NCBI GenBank assembly: GCA_043228905.1
Contig: JBHGNT010000020.1
Location: 11,842,001 to 11,906,000, forward strand
Source: Azolla caroliniana
Lineage: Eukaryota > Plantae > Polypodiophyta
Length of the DNA: 64,000 bases
Direction: 5' to 3'
Shown: positions 11,401-27,159 of the stretch, piece by piece
Numbering within the stretch: the first letter of the stretch is position 1
Layout: every line of letters starts with the position of its first letter
Program-made: the position numbers and the translations under genes
The notes under the pieces: model-generated
Database searches by the model: none
Seen by the model: the letters and a program-made list of their open reading frames with translations, nothing else
Told to the model about the DNA's origin: nothing

Positions 11401-12607
11401 GTGCGTGCGTGCGAAAGAGAGAGAGAGGTTGTAAAGCAATGCTACTGGCACGAGCCTTCAAGTTCAAACTAACCTTAATTCTAGGCTAACCTCGACTCCA
11501 ACTAGCCCTTAAGTTCGAGCTCCAACAAGCCCAAGGAGCCCATGACTCCAAGGCACTCTCAAATTGATCTACTGAGCACTATTTACATAGAAAAGGGAAA
11601 TTCCACAAAAAAATCTACTGAGGGGTTTTACGGGTCTTCTTGGACGGCATCACGTCCTCCCTAGTTTAGGTTCCCCATGATCCCATTCAAGTAGAGCACG
11701 CACACATATTTATGTGACAACAATATCTCTTCCCATTGAGATCGTGGCCATGGAGAGGGATGCATAATACATGCGTAAGGTTCACAAAAATCCCTCACAT
11801 TGACATCCTAGAATCTCATGGGAAGCAAGAAAAAAGATCCAGAATACATATAACAGAAAATTGATGTGTTTTGGGTGGATGTAAGATATAGAAAAATGGT
11901 TTAGAAGATGGGATACAACACAATTGCTTCATGATGCATCACTAGATTCCTCTATAAATGAGGCCTTTTGCAATGCCAATGTATCCTGAGATCGAAGAAT
12001 GTGGAGACCCACACTTCACACATTATACTACATACATTGCACATAACTACAAAACCATATTCTTCATCAAATAGGGAACTGTACACATTGATACTTGTTA
12101 GAGCCCACCTATTGGTCATTTGAACCATTGCTTCCATGCCACTTAGCTCACATGCATTGCGTTGTGAGATGGTGCACAAGTATGAGCGTAGTTGATTATG
12201 CACACTTTGCCTGAAACAAGTTCGAGAGTCTAAGTATCACACTTTGATACAATGTTCTGCCTTGATCACATTCGGCCATGCTTTCAACACATCTTTGACC
12301 AAAACCAATCTTTGCTCGAATTTTTGTCACAGTCACAATGTGCGCTCTTGATTGCACCATTCAATGGTAAAATTCTTGAGCATTTGAGAGTCACTGCTCA
12401 CTTTCACATATATTACGTGAAAATCTAATTTTTTTGTCTCATAGGTCATATTTTACCTCCAAAGTCAATAATAGAATTTATCTATGTATGTATCCCTCAC
12501 ATGGCAACCTCCCAAACGAAAGCATCTTTGTACATAGCACAAGTAGTTGAATTTGTTGTAACAACATGGAATTTCAGCCAATATAATCTTCAAACAATAA
12601 GTTTTGC

Positions 12608-15600
12608 ATGCATTGCTTCAACCATCAAAAGCCTCCCCCACCACGACTCGATAAGGCTGTCATGGAATGGAGAGTGGTGGGAAAACCCCATGTCCTTCGA
12701 AAAACTCCACATGCACAACATCCTCCATCGCCTATGAGCCCCAACCGATTTGACCTACTACAAGAGCTCTCCCCCACGGATGAGCATTCCCCTAGTTCTT
12801 TCTTAAGCCCCAAGGAACGACCTAAGGTGACACCAAGCACACGAGAGAAAGTTCTCGTTAAAGCTTACAAAACAGGGAAGCGAAGAAGGATAAGTCATGT
12901 TAAGACCTTAATACAGAGCTTGAGCGGAACGGCACCCAATGCAGAAGCAACAAACCAAGGCATAAGTTTGAATGTCACATTTCAGATCATAGTCTTCCTA
13001 GACACAAATGAGTATGATTCCTCTAGCCAAGACCTTGAACCACACCCGCAAAACGCCTTGAAATGGCTAGGTATAGGGCACAAGACAGTGGAAAAAATAA
13101 GGCTACATGTATCAGCGGTTACAATAACGGAGTTCCGACAACCTCAATCTCCTTTCCACTCTTGCTTCTATCACAGGAAGATTGGTCAAAATCCAAGATT
13201 AAAGATATGTTATGTAGCCAAGTAGCAATGATGCTTTGTAGCAAAAATAAGAGATGAAGACCTCATGAACGAACTAAAGCAGCATTGGAATAACATTGAA
13301 TTTTGGTGCACCATGGATGTAGAGAAACCTCATCTCTACCACATCCACCTGCAGACTATCATAGAAACCTAGCTAACACCAAGCTTTTTCTATTTCAATG
13401 AGAAGCATGAAGGGGCGATTGAAGCTCACAGGATAGCCCACAAACTCCACTCATGGATGTGGACCATCATTCCATCAATGGAAATGACTGGATGTCTAAA
13501 TGGTGAGTGCTCCCCACTCACGACATGTTGTGCAAAGCATCTGGCACAAATGGCAATCTCCCACCCCATTCCAAGAGTATGAAGATTGTAACATGGAACG
13601 TGCAAGGGCTCAGGAGTCGACTAGACCAGCAAAACAGATGGAAACTAAGAAGAGATCTTGAGGAATATATATTAGGGGGTGCCGCTGACATCATCATGTT
13701 GCAGGAACACCACCTTGATAGTACACTTTCAAAGGAAGTTCGAGATCTTTTACCAGGATCATGGCGAACAATTTGGGAGCCAGCAATAGGGGAGGATGGA
13801 AATCATGGTGGTATTTGCACTTTGATTTGGGAACATTTAGCCCAAGGTTTAATACACCAAGAATCACTGATACCTGGAAGGGCACATTTTTGCACGTTGG
13901 TCATCCAAGGGTAACGCTGGAATTTCATGAATGTTTATGCTCCAAATAGCAGCACAGAACGGGCAACATTCTGGGAGCGCATTCAACAACAAGTAGCGAG
14001 TGCGGAGGAGTGGTGCATTGGAGGGGATTTTAATACGATCGAATCCATTCATGATAGCTCTAACAACAACCCCAGAGTCCTACAAGGAAGGGAACGTAAA
14101 CAATGGGAGAAGTTATGTGTACACCTTAACTTGAGAGATATATGGCATTCCGACAACTTCCAATGAAAAAGGGACTCTCTCTTATTCTCCCGATCAAGAT
14201 CAGATGGGCGAAATAGTGGACCCTATATCGCATCGACCGACTTTATGTAGGTGAGGCCCTATAAGCAAAGGGAGGGTGGTGTCGTATAACTCCAGGCACG
14301 ACTTTCTCTGACCATTACCCGGTAATCGGTCACTTTCACTTGCACCAAAAGTGGGGCTCATTCCAGCCTCGAATCCCACACACTATCTACACAGTTATAG
14401 AGGTGGAGGAACAACTCGCCAGCTAATGGTCACTACCTGTCAATGCCTCATTAGCATCTGACAAACTTCTAGCTAAATTATCAAGAGCTTCAACTTTACT
14501 ACACAAGATTGTCAAGACTAGAAGTAAGGATGCTCAAGAATAGCGATAGAGGACAAAACGGGGACTAATAGCCTTAAACGACTCCAACAACGATACTCGG
14601 CATGTAGTTGGATCGTGGGACAGGTTGTCATGGCCAAACATGAACTCATCATGGCAGAAAAGGCAATCTATGACATGGAGTTTCATGGAAGCATGGCTCG
14701 ATGGATTCGAGTAGGGGACAAAACCACGAACGAATTCTTCCGATCCAAGGGACCGAGGCACTCTAGAACAATGATGCGCAGCCTCAATCGAGCAGATGAA
14801 ACTACCACGGAGGATGGCGATGATCGCGGGACAGGTTGCCATGGCCAAACATGAACTCATCATGGCAGAAAAGGCAATCTATGACATGGAGTTTCATGGA
14901 AGCATGACTCGATGAATTTGAGTACGGGACAAAACCACGAAGGAATTCTTCCGATCTAAGGGACTGAGGCACGCTAGAACAATGATGCGCAGCCTCAACC
15001 GAGCGGATGGTGACGATCGCGGGACAGGTTGCCATGGCCAAACATGAACTCATCATGGCAGAAAAGGCAATCTATGACATGGAGTTTCATGGAAGCATGG
15101 CTCGATGGATTCGAGTTGGGGACAAAACCACAAAGGAATTCTTCCGATCCAAGGGACCAAGGCACGCTAGAACAATGATGCGCAACCTCAACCGAGCGGA
15201 TGGAACTACCACGAGGATGGCGACGAAATGAGGAATATTGCCACAAGTTATTTTAAGCGACTACTTACTGAAGATAATATGGCCACAAGGGAAGACATAA
15301 GAGAAGATATTATCCTCCAGAGCATACCTGAGAAAGTCACGACGGAAATGAATACATGGCTCGTGCATCCCCTATCAATCATCGAAATATGGGAGGCCCT
15401 CTCTGATTTGGATGTAGATAGCTGCCCCGGAATCGATGGCCTCACCCCTCACTTTTTCACGTGCCTTTGGGACACTATTAAAGAAGACCTTCTCCAGGCA
15501 TATGAGGAGATGGTCACCTCTGGAAACATGCCAGAGGAATTTGGACAAGGGATGATACATCTCATTCCTAAAAGCGGTGGGAGTGTCAATGACATTAGTA

Positions 15601-18270
15601 AGTGGCGGCCCATAACTCACCTCAATATTGTCTATAAGTTGCTCGCAAAAATCATGGCACGCCACTTAGCACCACTTCTCCCTCAACTCATTCATTTGTC
15701 CCAGACAGGTTTTGTTAGAAATCGGAGCATCCTAGACAACCTCTTCTAATTTTGGGAAGCAGAAGCCCTTGCCAAGCGTACCAACAATAGGGTAGTTGTG
15801 GTGCTCCTAGATTTTGAGAAAGCATATGACAAGGTATGTGGAAATTTCTAGAAAGTCTAATGGGGAAACCCGGCTTTCACAAGTCATGGATCAAAGGCAT
15901 TGCATGACTTTATAGGAACGCCACCAGCTGCGTTTCACTAGCAGGTGAAAGGGGCCCTTTCTTCCGAATATCACGGTCCGTACGACAGGGTTGCCCACTG
16001 GCTCCATCCTTATTTCTATTATACGCCGAAGCACTCTCTAGCTTTCTCAACTCACAGCATCTAAGCCTACATGGTCTTCGTGTGCCGCATTCTCACCAAA
16101 GCCTCCTAGATATAGAATTTGTAGATGACACTGTGGTCTACTTGCAAGACGACTTGGAAAATTTACAAAAGCTAGAAAGTGGTTTAGACATATTTTGCAA
16201 GAGATCCAATGCCATGATCAATTGGCACAAATCCTGTGCAATATGGCTCTCTCATGAAGCACATCCTACGTGGCACCTAGATCCCGCTTTCAAGTGGATC
16301 AATCAAGGAGGGAGCACCAAATATTTGGGTTTCCAAATTGGGTTCAACATACCCCCAGAGACTATGATTACACCAGTTATTCACTCCATTCGATAAAAGT
16401 TAATACATTGGAGTTCGAAAAAACTCTCGCTAGCGGGGCGCATCATAGTGGCTAACCAGGTATTACTCGCAACAGCATGGTACAGCATATCATGCTGGAC
16501 AATCTCCAAGGAAAGTATACACCAGATTCAGAGACTGGTACGCAACTACATTTGGTCTGGTAAGGAAGATCATACAACTCGAGCCAAGGTGGCGTGGCCT
16601 ATACTCACATCACCTAAGTTTTGATGAGGATTGGGTCTTATTGATCCCCTCTCACAATCAAAAGCCCTACTCACCAAATTTGTGGTGCAAGGACTCCAAC
16701 TAGGGAATGACTGCTGGAAAATGTTACTACGGTTACGCTTCGCTTACTTTAGGCCACGAAAAGGGACCAATTGGGCCCCCCAAACTGGATGGATTCTAAA
16801 CATGGATCTCAAACCTAGTTTCTCCCGCCAACTAGAGGATAGATTTAGTGCATCCATGTGGAAGGCGTGGTGTGACATTATACGAGGAATCAAGTACGAT
16901 CAACCCAATTCCGAACCTACCTGGCTCAGTCAACGTATCCTATGGAACCCATGTATTAGGGATGAATCTAATCAGCTAATTGGATCAAGTAAGGGGTTGT
17001 CATGGTGATACATGTTGGAAGGTCCAGGAAAAAGTATAGAATGTTGGAGATGGTTTATGTCATTGCTAATACAAGACCAAGCCAACATCCTCCATGGAAT
17101 CAGAGGCGGATGGGCTATGAGATCTGAAATCATTAATGCTCTACTGATAGGGAAGTTGCTCATCAAAGGACAACAACGGAGAAATGGATAGGCTACAAGG
17201 ACGAGGGCTCTTTGATCCCAAGAGGTAGGGACACATCGGACAAGATCGAAGGCTTTGAATTGCAGGACAACAAGACATCAACACAACATAAGGCAATTTG
17301 AGCTAGCATATACTGGGCAAAAATGGATCGTAGATCCTGATCTGATCAAAGTACAACCAGATTGACACATATGTACTCATGAAAACGCATGGCTACGTAA
17401 GGTCAGTTGGGACCCTTTGCAATGGACATGGTGTAATCCTTACGGGGGGCAAGGAAGCAAACCTATCCCTTTCTTTCAATTCTAGATTGGGTCGCCATAT
17501 TATAGCCGCTCAATTTGCTCGAGAGCCGGCTGTTGCAAAGGTCTAGCACACATATCATGTTCCTTACACAATTATCACCAAGTTTTGGCAGAAACTCTGG
17601 AAACAACATGTGAGGCGAATCACCACTTTCCAATTACTATTAATACATAAGTCACTACCAGGTGGTGCATTGCAACGTGGGAACCTCAGCTCTCCTAATT
17701 GTGTAGCGTGTCCAACTGTATTAGAATCCATACAACACACTCTATGGGACTGCCCAGAGTCCCATCGAATATGGCGGGGGGTTGGCCGCTTATTGCAACG
17801 ATGTCAGGTGCAAGGCTCAATCAAGTGGGGGAATGTATGTTGGCTATCATGGCAAACCCCAATTGACAACTATGAGCATTAGGAAGAGGGGATGACTTTG
17901 GTTATAAAATCACAAGAGATTTTTTTCTCCGCCATCAGCAATATCCACTCAACTCCTATTAGTGCCAAATCTCAAGTTGTGTTGGACTTGGTCAACCCAA
18001 TAACTCTTTGGATTCTATGGAAACAATAGTGTAGACGAGTCTTTTCCAACCAAAGCGTGCAACCAATAATGTTAATGCAAGAGATATGGAGTGAAGTTGT
18101 AGCCACTCTAAAGAGCCAATATGATGGCCTCAAGGGCGACTTCGATAGAGTTGAAAGACAACGACTAGCCTTTATCCAACAATGGTTGTCTTCTCCCTTC
18201 CTTTAGGCAGTGGGCATCCACATAAGATGGACCTATCGTGTCCCCATAGGGATTTGTATATAATAATCTA
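12608..18270 (+). mobile_element. L1-clade LINE (ORF1 remnant + APE-RT-zf ORF2), pseudogenised
   Basis: Endonuclease motifs MKIVTWNVQGL, MLQEHH, NVYAPN, IGGDFN, SDHYPV. RT motifs CPGIDG, WRPITHLN, QTGFV, LDFEKAYD, RQGCPLAP, EFVDD, KYLG. C-terminal CVACPTVLESIQHTLWDC. Many stops; ends are approximate. Confidence 0.92.
14611..15225 (+). repeat. Tandem triplication (~195-210 bp) inside LINE ORF2
   Basis: gatcg(t/c)gggacaggttg(t/c)catggccaaacatgaactc... recurs at ~14611, 14822 and 15016. Confidence 0.9.
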
Positions 18271-18367
18271 ATCTGTGAAATCTTTATAACTAATGGAAGG
18301 AGTCTTTTTTGGAGAAAAAAAACATGATGGATTGATTGATGTTTTGTGTTAAATCCTATACACATCT

Positions 18368-18881
18368 TGTTACGGGCATGACCATATAATATCCCGTGGT
18401 GAGAATTTACCGTAGTATTCTATACACGTGGATAAGTGTGAGGGTTAAACAAGAGTGTAAAGAAGGGGAGGATTACTTTTAATCCTCGGGATTGAGACAA
18501 CCCATTAGGTCAAGTGTGAACTTGCCTGGGGGCCTTGGGTATCGCTATAAATAAGAGGCCTAGCTACCCTCATTTGAACATCTTGTTGACTACGTCGAGA
18601 CTCTGTCTTGTGGTGGGTCAACTCTTGTAGCGAGCGCGCCAGCACCAAGTATGACTCGACGCCACGGCGGTGGTATGGGATGTCGATCAAGGCTCGAGTC
18701 CGTCTCGATCCCTTCGCTCGGGGGTGGTCGGGTGGATCGGCACCCTTCTTTCTCTCTATCCTTTCTATCTAGATCTATATTCTATCCTTATTTTATGCTT
18801 ACATTAGTTCATGTCTCTAATACATCTCATAATTATTTTGAAGCGCGGGATTCACATAAGTTTTTTGTTGATCATATCACA
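18368..18881 (+). repeat. Possible solo LTR
   Basis: Starts tgttacggg, ends atcaca, with an internal TATA (gctataaataag) and higher GC than the flanks. No matching TSD found. Confidence 0.4.
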
Positions 18882-21800
18882 ACTATAAGAATCTCATTTA
18901 AGTTCAAGTAAGGCCTTGGTATGCCAACGTTAGGCCACTACAATGCACTTAATATTTATTACCATTACAACCAACAACCTTTCCCTTTTAACATTGTGAT
19001 CTCAAATTGTCCATGGTTATACATTATTGATTACTTATCAGTTTCATGTAACCCAATACGTTGAAATAGAGGAATCTTGTCATACACTTGTAAAACATTT
19101 GTACAACAAATCCGTTTTCAGATAAGCATGTCCAAGAAAAGTTATGCACATGTTTTGAAATCATTTTGACATAAGCGTTTGAATCTGATTTTGTCAATAT
19201 AATCATTAGCATCATCAAATAAATTGGACAAGGATTTATTTATGTTGCATGTAGAAAAATGTCCAAAACAACTACAAACATTTATTAACCGCAAGGCATG
19301 TGCACACCATGTAAATCATTTATATAAATTGTCTTGTTGAATGTGTCATGAATTTTATTTCATGCATAATGAATGATATCGCAATAATACACAAAGGCTT
19401 TCCATCCTCAAAACTTATTAATCGGTGTATATGTGCATAAAGTAGGAACAAAGAGGATTGTATTTTTTCTTCTTTTATATTTTCAAACTTCACATGAACT
19501 TCTTGAAGTAAGACTACTACGTCATTGTGTACTATAAGAAACTATATAGACTAATAAGCGATCGCCTTGCCAAGAGGTTACAATTCACATAAACTATAGT
19601 GATCCATTGGCTATGAGGACAATCAAGTGATTATGAGTTTAATACAAGTCGGTAAAAAAGTAAAGATACTTGTTATTAGTCAACAGACGGAGGTAATGAT
19701 GAGTGGGCCAGGTCCACAGAGGGATACCGCTCTACGAGCTTAGGGTTATTAAGGTACCTAAATAAATTTGTACAAAAATTCTTATATGATTTTTGGGGTG
19801 TTTTGGTCACTATAATTTTTACAAAATGACAAAAATCTAACCATATTAGTAATTGATGTGTAATTTTTTTCAATTACTTTCATTGAAGACATTTGAAAAG
19901 TGTGAAAATGCTGATAAAATCTACCTCTCTAGGGTAAAATCTATAGCATATGTTAATAAAAGATACAAGATGGTGGTTTTCTCAAAGATGTAAAACAAGT
20001 TCCAACAATTGAATACGTCTCTAGTCATGAAAAGAAGGATGTAGTAAAATCCTACATCATTTCTGGAATTAGTTTGAATCGTGTTACTATTAAGATCCCT
20101 GTTGGGGCTCGAACTTGTTCCTATTTACACAACGGCACTATTTTCCAAAGAAAAATGATTTCGTGACATTGGGACTATATGTGAGGCTATTTATATTGCT
20201 TACTACCCACATGCATACAGTTTGCGATCAATTATGAAGCCTTGCTTCTGCCACATATGTAGAGGACATCATGGTAAATCTTTTCTTTAAATATTTATAA
20301 ACAACATATATATACTATATGAAGCATAATTTAATGGTATTCGTGCATAAATGCTCTATATCAAGATTAACATGATGGCAAGTATGTTTGTATGCTTATA
20401 GAAAACTAAAGCAAATGTATACTCTTGTTTGAGTTCTTTATTGAACTATCACTGGGACATGGGGGGAGCTATTCTTTATTTGAATAATTACATTTGTAAA
20501 ACTATTTTAAATTACTCAAAAGCGATTGTAATGTGAGAGTTTCCATTTATACACTTGACGCGATATGATACATCATGTGGAATCCAAAACTTCATGTACG
20601 GTTGGCAGCCAATCCAAAAAAAAATGGTGTTTGTATAAAGTAACTTGGAGCTTTACCACGAAATCAATGTACTTATAATGTAATGACATATAGCATAGTG
20701 ACTTGAGACATCAAGTATTCTATACAAAAGTCATACTGTTTGATGTGCCAAGTTTAGTTATGTATAGATTGGAAGATTGAAACCCACATCATTCTGGCTG
20801 ACGACCCCTAGTTCTATTGATAGAATATTAGAGGAATATGCACAACATCAATTTTGTCATCTACACTCATAAATTGCAACATTTATGGGTTTGCGACTTT
20901 TTCGGACATATTAAACATAATTTGAGCTTTAATTTAATTCTATTGTATGATCATCTATTCAATGCACCTCTAACCTTTTTTCGAAAATATCCAGCTTTGC
21001 GCCATATCAACAGGATTGGTTTCAATATTTGCTGACATGGGGACGGATTTGATAATAAATGGCACATGTGGAGGCTTAAATATAACAAGTTGAGCTTGAA
21101 ATTGATTCATTGCTAGGGTTAGGATTTCATAAACGAGACTTGTGTCTCATTGAACATCTTCCTATCACATGGTAGTGGTATGGAGCTAATAAACAATTCA
21201 TTCAAACATAAATTCCATAACTTAACTTTTTCGTTATCCATAAATACTACGATCACCAAAGGTCTTCGGATCACATGTTAGCGGTATGGAGCTAATCAAG
21301 CTACAAACATAGCTTTTATAACTCTCTCTTTTTTGTTGTCCATAAATCACATTTATCCTCAAATTATTGGTGATCCTCTAGATGACCAAGTATGAGTCTA
21401 GCGTCAAAAATGGAAAATGCTCGTAGAATTCCTATATTTACTTGAAAGACAATATGCATAGACCATTTGTCATACACTAAAACAAAATGTGAATGATAAT
21501 GCCTTTATACATAGCTACAACTTACAAGCCTACAAATCATAGTTGTGAATAAATCTGCAAATGTGATCGTATAACAATAAAACCAACATTTTTATAACCT
21601 TAAAGTTGTGAGTTCAAGGCCAAGTCAATGGATCTCATGTAACAAGTTATAATTGTGATCAAATAGGCAAACGTGATTGCATAGCAATCAAGCTTATGTT
21701 TGTATAAACTTAATGTTTGTTTGTGATTAAAGTATGAAAGAATTGATTCACATGTTAAAATTGAGTTGGAGCTCATTATGTTATTTAGCCAAAAGTAACA

Positions 21801-24800
21801 CTTTGTCTCCTTAAAAAAATGGAGTTAGAGATACATTTCTCACGACCCAAAACCAAAGAAGGAAATTCTAACAAAGTGAGAGGAAGGTGAAAATGAACCT
21901 GCAAAATTTCTAATTTGTTGAACGTGTGAATAATAGCTATGGTTGACAATGTCTTGTTAATATTCTAAGGTGCAATCAATCATTTGAGAAAAAGTATGGA
22001 GTCTGAATATATTGATATTGCATAAAATGTGTGAAAAATATCTCAAGTCAAATGACAATTTAACAATTTGAACCATTTACAATGACAATATCATGCCTTA
22101 AAACAAAGTTAATGCCCTATATGTTTTTTGTGTGTAAGTATGCATAACTAGAGGGAAAAGGGCAGAAATAAGAGGGTCGAAGGACCCAAAAAGTAACATG
22201 AAAGTTATATTCTAGAATAAAAAGTGCAACATACAAGCTTTGTTCTGTAAGACTGTATGCATGTGTCCCATGCATACAACTTTTTCAATGGACCAAAGCC
22301 AAAGTAACTGCCCAATGTGAAAGGTTTCGTGTGCATGCATGGGCAAATAATTGTCCTCCTTATTGCATGCCACTCTTTGGAATTGAAGAGTAAAAATAAA
22401 GTTGCATCATCACCATCGTATGTAAATTGTCTTACTTTCTTAGAAACATCCCCATCCCCTTTTGTGTCACAACCTCATTGTTTTGGTAGAATCTAGGTTC
22501 TATATCAACCTAGGATGTAAAAGCTCAATCTTCTTGTGCTAGAAGTGGTTATTTCCAATATTTAAAAAGGTGAATTATATGGATAATAAATGTAAATATT
22601 CATGTTATGTGTAGTTGTAGTCAATCCTCATGTTGGGTAGTGAATCCTATTTGAGTAGCTTGCACATGGATAAGGTTGCAACTGCAAGTGAGGGTGTAAA
22701 TCACTCGATTAGCGGTAGGAATATTTATCACATATGTATACACATGGTTGTGGGGTGTGGATCAATGTTAAACCTTAATAATCATGTCCAAACATGATGA
22801 AGAGTGTTGGCAGTTCGAAATTCAATTTTTACTAAGTAGATAATATACTATAAGAAGTTAAATTTCCAGATGCGTAAACCTTATTCCAACATTTGTGTGG
22901 ACATATATTAGAGTGTAAAAACCACAACCTATTTTTGTTGTTAAGACGTGTGCTTATATATGTTTAACCATTAAAGCTTGATTTATGTTTCTATTTTCTT
23001 CCATTCAATTTATGACTTCTTGCCTACGTTTATTAATCATATTTTAATAGTTAGAACTTATTTAACATTTTTTAAGTATGACACTAAGTGTGGTGCCAAG
23101 TGCAATACTAAGGTAGATGGCTAAATTGACAAAGTTGTGCATGCAAACCTGCCCCCACATGTTGTTGCAACCTAAGAATCCACCATGAGAAATCACAATA
23201 ACACTAATCTCAATAAATTATGTTCTCGTTCAATGTCATATGGAGGGTAATAGGGGTTCTATATTTGTTGCAGGAAACATATATGTAGAGCTATAAGATT
23301 GTTCCAATAGCACTAGATAAGAAACATTTCCAATATCAACACACACATTCCGTTTTTATTTCCTTAGGCTTGCATGTATGTGCAAAGTCTATGAGCCTCT
23401 CACTTGTCTGTGTTTGCTAATTCTGAGCGCATGTTTGTAGGGTCATGTGAATTAGTATGTGTGAAACAAAACAAAAAAACTGAAGCAAGGGAAATAGTAG
23501 GGAGCTGACACATTTTGAAATTTGAAAGTTGAAACTCAAAACAAAAGTGCCATATCCGAGTTCAAACATTGTTGCTTTAAAGTGGAAAGAAAAGTGCATA
23601 GTGAAATGCCTCACTCTCAAAAGTTAAATCTCAAATGTTGAGACTCGAATGTTAAGACTTGACAATTAAAATGCAAAAACTAGAACTCAAAAGTTAAAAT
23701 TCAAAATAACATCATTGTCCTACGTCATGGTTGGTATTCTACTTCCTTGTCACCAATTTCACCCCATTATCTAGCTAAGGCCATTGCCCAATTCGTTTCC
23801 TCACAGGCTTGATGAATCTTAGGCTTGAGTGAAAACTTGACACAATATTGTATTTGATGAGAGGTATTGAACACGCATAGCTTCCCCTTTATAAAAATAG
23901 TTCTCGATCTACCTCTTAAGCATCAAGATGAATAGTTAGTGAAATGCAATATTGCCCAAAGCGGAAAAAGATTACTTCACGTGTTTTGTGAGGTATTTGC
24001 TGAAATTATGGTTGCTTCGAGCCATAAAATATCTGCTCCCATACCATAGGAGAAGTATAAGCTAAAAGCATCTCATGAATAATTAAAAAACTCCCTTATA
24101 TCAACATCAATTATGTATTGTGGGGTGGCAATCTTGTTTTCATGATCTTTTTTTTTCCAAAAAGAAGTTAATTTCTCATTAGTTAGGAGAGATTATTATA
24201 GAAAGACTAAACAAGGTGGCTTATACATAAATCGAGGAATCCCCCTCCGACCAAGTTCAAGGATATGAAACTACGTACATATCCTTTCAATTTGATTATA
24301 ACTTAATGTAAGTAGGTATCTAGAACTATAAACTAGTGGCAATCATAGCCGACCAACACAAGCTTGATCCTCTGGCCTTCAACAAAGGGAGGGTGGAAGG
24401 TGAGTAGGAAACAACCAGCATGGGGGCTAGTAGTTCCACCTCGGGCCATTTCCTCCTTACATCACCATTGGCGTGTTCCTCCATTTCTACCAAAAGCCTA
24501 AGTGGGAAACGACCACGTCGTTGGAGTGTCTACAAACCTCGTCCAACTGCCCTTGTAGGAAGTTGATAATCTTGAACCAAATATCCATGATCATTTCCTC
24601 TGGGGAGTATTCATGATCTTCATATTAAGGAGCATATTATACTTTATAGGTTAACTGTGAGAACCTTGGCTTTGGGCTAAAGGTAAAGGGTTCACCTTGT
24701 CAAATGTAATTTCTCCTCTTGTACATGCTTAGTCCACTATCATTTCCTTGTCCTAAATACACATGTTATACCACTCCTTAATGACTCCCATGAATTTATT

Positions 24801-27159
24801 TCCTCGAAAACGTGGCACTCTTGGACAATGCCTATGAATTTATTTCCTTGACAACCCTAAACCCTTCCTTTGCTTTTAGGATCAATAAATATTAGAATAA
24901 AGCATAGGGGAAGGACTTGATCAACCACATGTGGAATTCATCCAATATCGTGTTTATGACCATGGACTTTATACACCTGTAAGTGAGGACCTTGCTCCTA
25001 GGTGGAGACTTGTCTACTTTTTACATGTATTTTATCCAATTCGACACATCTATCTTGATATGCAATTAAGGATAGTACTTCTTGAATTGCTCACCATAAA
25101 GGTGAGATTCACTTGAGTTTTCTATTGGGGAAACTTCCACTTGTCTACATGACTTATAGTTATTCTATGTTTACTTTATCCAATATGAAATCTATAGTCA
25201 TGGGCATTTGATGTCATCTATTTTTTTGTGCAATTAGGGTTCCTCTTCCTTGAGTGAATTGCCATCAAGGAGGGATTTGCCATAGTATCCTATAGGTTAA
25301 ACTTCCACTTGAGCACTTGACTATATATATATACATGTGTGTGTGTGTGTGCGCGCGCGTCCATATCCATTGTGTGCCTATATGGGACAACTTGAAGTTG
25401 ATCACGCACAAGCTTTACCACTAGACACTCACATGAATGATGTGATTCATATTCTTTTATGCTTTAACGTCATCTTGTTGTTCATAAATATGTACCTCAA
25501 TATTATCCAACCATTTCGTGTCTTGGAGGTACCTTGGATAGAAAAAATAGAGACATATGTCAATCCATTTTTCATTATTTATGTGGTTAAAGGATAAGAA
25601 AAAGAGAAAGATAAAGCAATATGAAAGATGCTACTATTTGTTTGTACCCATGTTTGTGGAATACGACGATGGCTAAAGAAGAATTTCCACAAAGAAAAGA
25701 TTGAGCTTCCGTCGATGTATTGTAAAAAAATGACTTGGACAAAACATTAGTATTTCTAATGAAACTTTTGCTTTTGGAAGAACTAATAACAAGAAGAAGC
25801 AATTTAGCATTGTTTCCCCATCTTTAGAATTAGTGTGCACCCAAGGTGAAAAACACTAGGTTGATGCCATTTATGAAGTCTTCAAGAGGCTGTCTTGATT
25901 GAAGGTTTTTTCACATTCAAGTGCAGCTTGACTTTCTATCAAGAACTCTTCTTGTCGTTTGGTCGATGTTCAATTCTCACATGTTGAAGCAAGCTAGCAT
26001 TTAGGGATCTTCAAAATCTTGGTGCCATAAGGTTTGATCACATCCACATCTTAATTGTTGAGGCAAGGGCAATCCCAACTAAAAAGGGATGGGCTTGAAA
26101 TGATTTCATTTCACTTTACGATGAATTTGACGAGAATTCCACTCATTACCTAACTATTTCACAATGCTCAAAACTAATCATTAAAACCATGCAATTGGGA
26201 TTTGATCACATGCACATTATAACTACCGGAGTAAGGCTCATTACCTCTAAAGTTACTAAGAGATGTTGTAGTCAAAGTTGTTTAATTTTTTTTGCTTTCG
26301 GACCCACTTTAATCAAGCATTGTATACGTTCTTTTAACTTTTGGGCTACGCTCACATGATGATGATGATGCAAAACCATGGGAAACCGTGCAATTGGGTC
26401 TGCTCACACACGCACATAAGATTTGGGTAGAGTGAGGACCCAAAGTCACCAAGAGACGGGCTCAAAGCTGTTGAATCCTATTTATGGCGTTTCTATCAAG
26501 CACTCCCTTGTGGTGGTGTTGTTGTTGCTTAGTTATCCCTCAAAGCTCAAATGTTGAAACCTTGCATTGCTCTGGAAATGCATGTATATCGTAATTTCTA
26601 AGGTGAGGCCGAGTCCAATGAGTTGCAAATGCCAATAACTTAGAGATGCATGAAGCATAGTTCACGTTGCTTGACATATGGCTGAGAGTGTTGGTGAAAC
26701 TTAAAGTGGTCCGAAAAGGGTCATCATCACATAGACATGCACATAGTCAGTCGCAATCGGACATACATAACACAATGTAGACATGTCATAGGGTATACTG
26801 AGTTTTGGTAGCTACACACTATAAAAGCCAGGTGGGGCAAATGGGTCATCCCGTCGAGACAATTGATGTTCCTTCTTCATTTCTCTGGAACAACTTTTTT
26901 GGGGTCTTCTGTTTCGGCTTTGTGTCCATCCCGAAAGAGAATGGAAAAGAGATATGTGAAGGTTTGTGGTGATATGAATGGGATGGATGGATTGAGTTGG
27001 GATCTCAAATCATGAGAATTCAATCCAATTCAATTCATTTGGGGTGTGGTGGGTGCCCAACCAAATATTTTTGAAATTTGGATGATGGAAACTAACCATG
27101 TTTTCTTCTGTGTAGGTTTTTTGTTTGTTCTTGTGAGAGAAGAGCAATATTTGCTTTTC

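Noticed and set aside
18900-27000. Short ORFs and possible old TE remnants in the AT-rich intergenic stretch
   Set aside because: I could not identify any motif with confidence; left unannotated.
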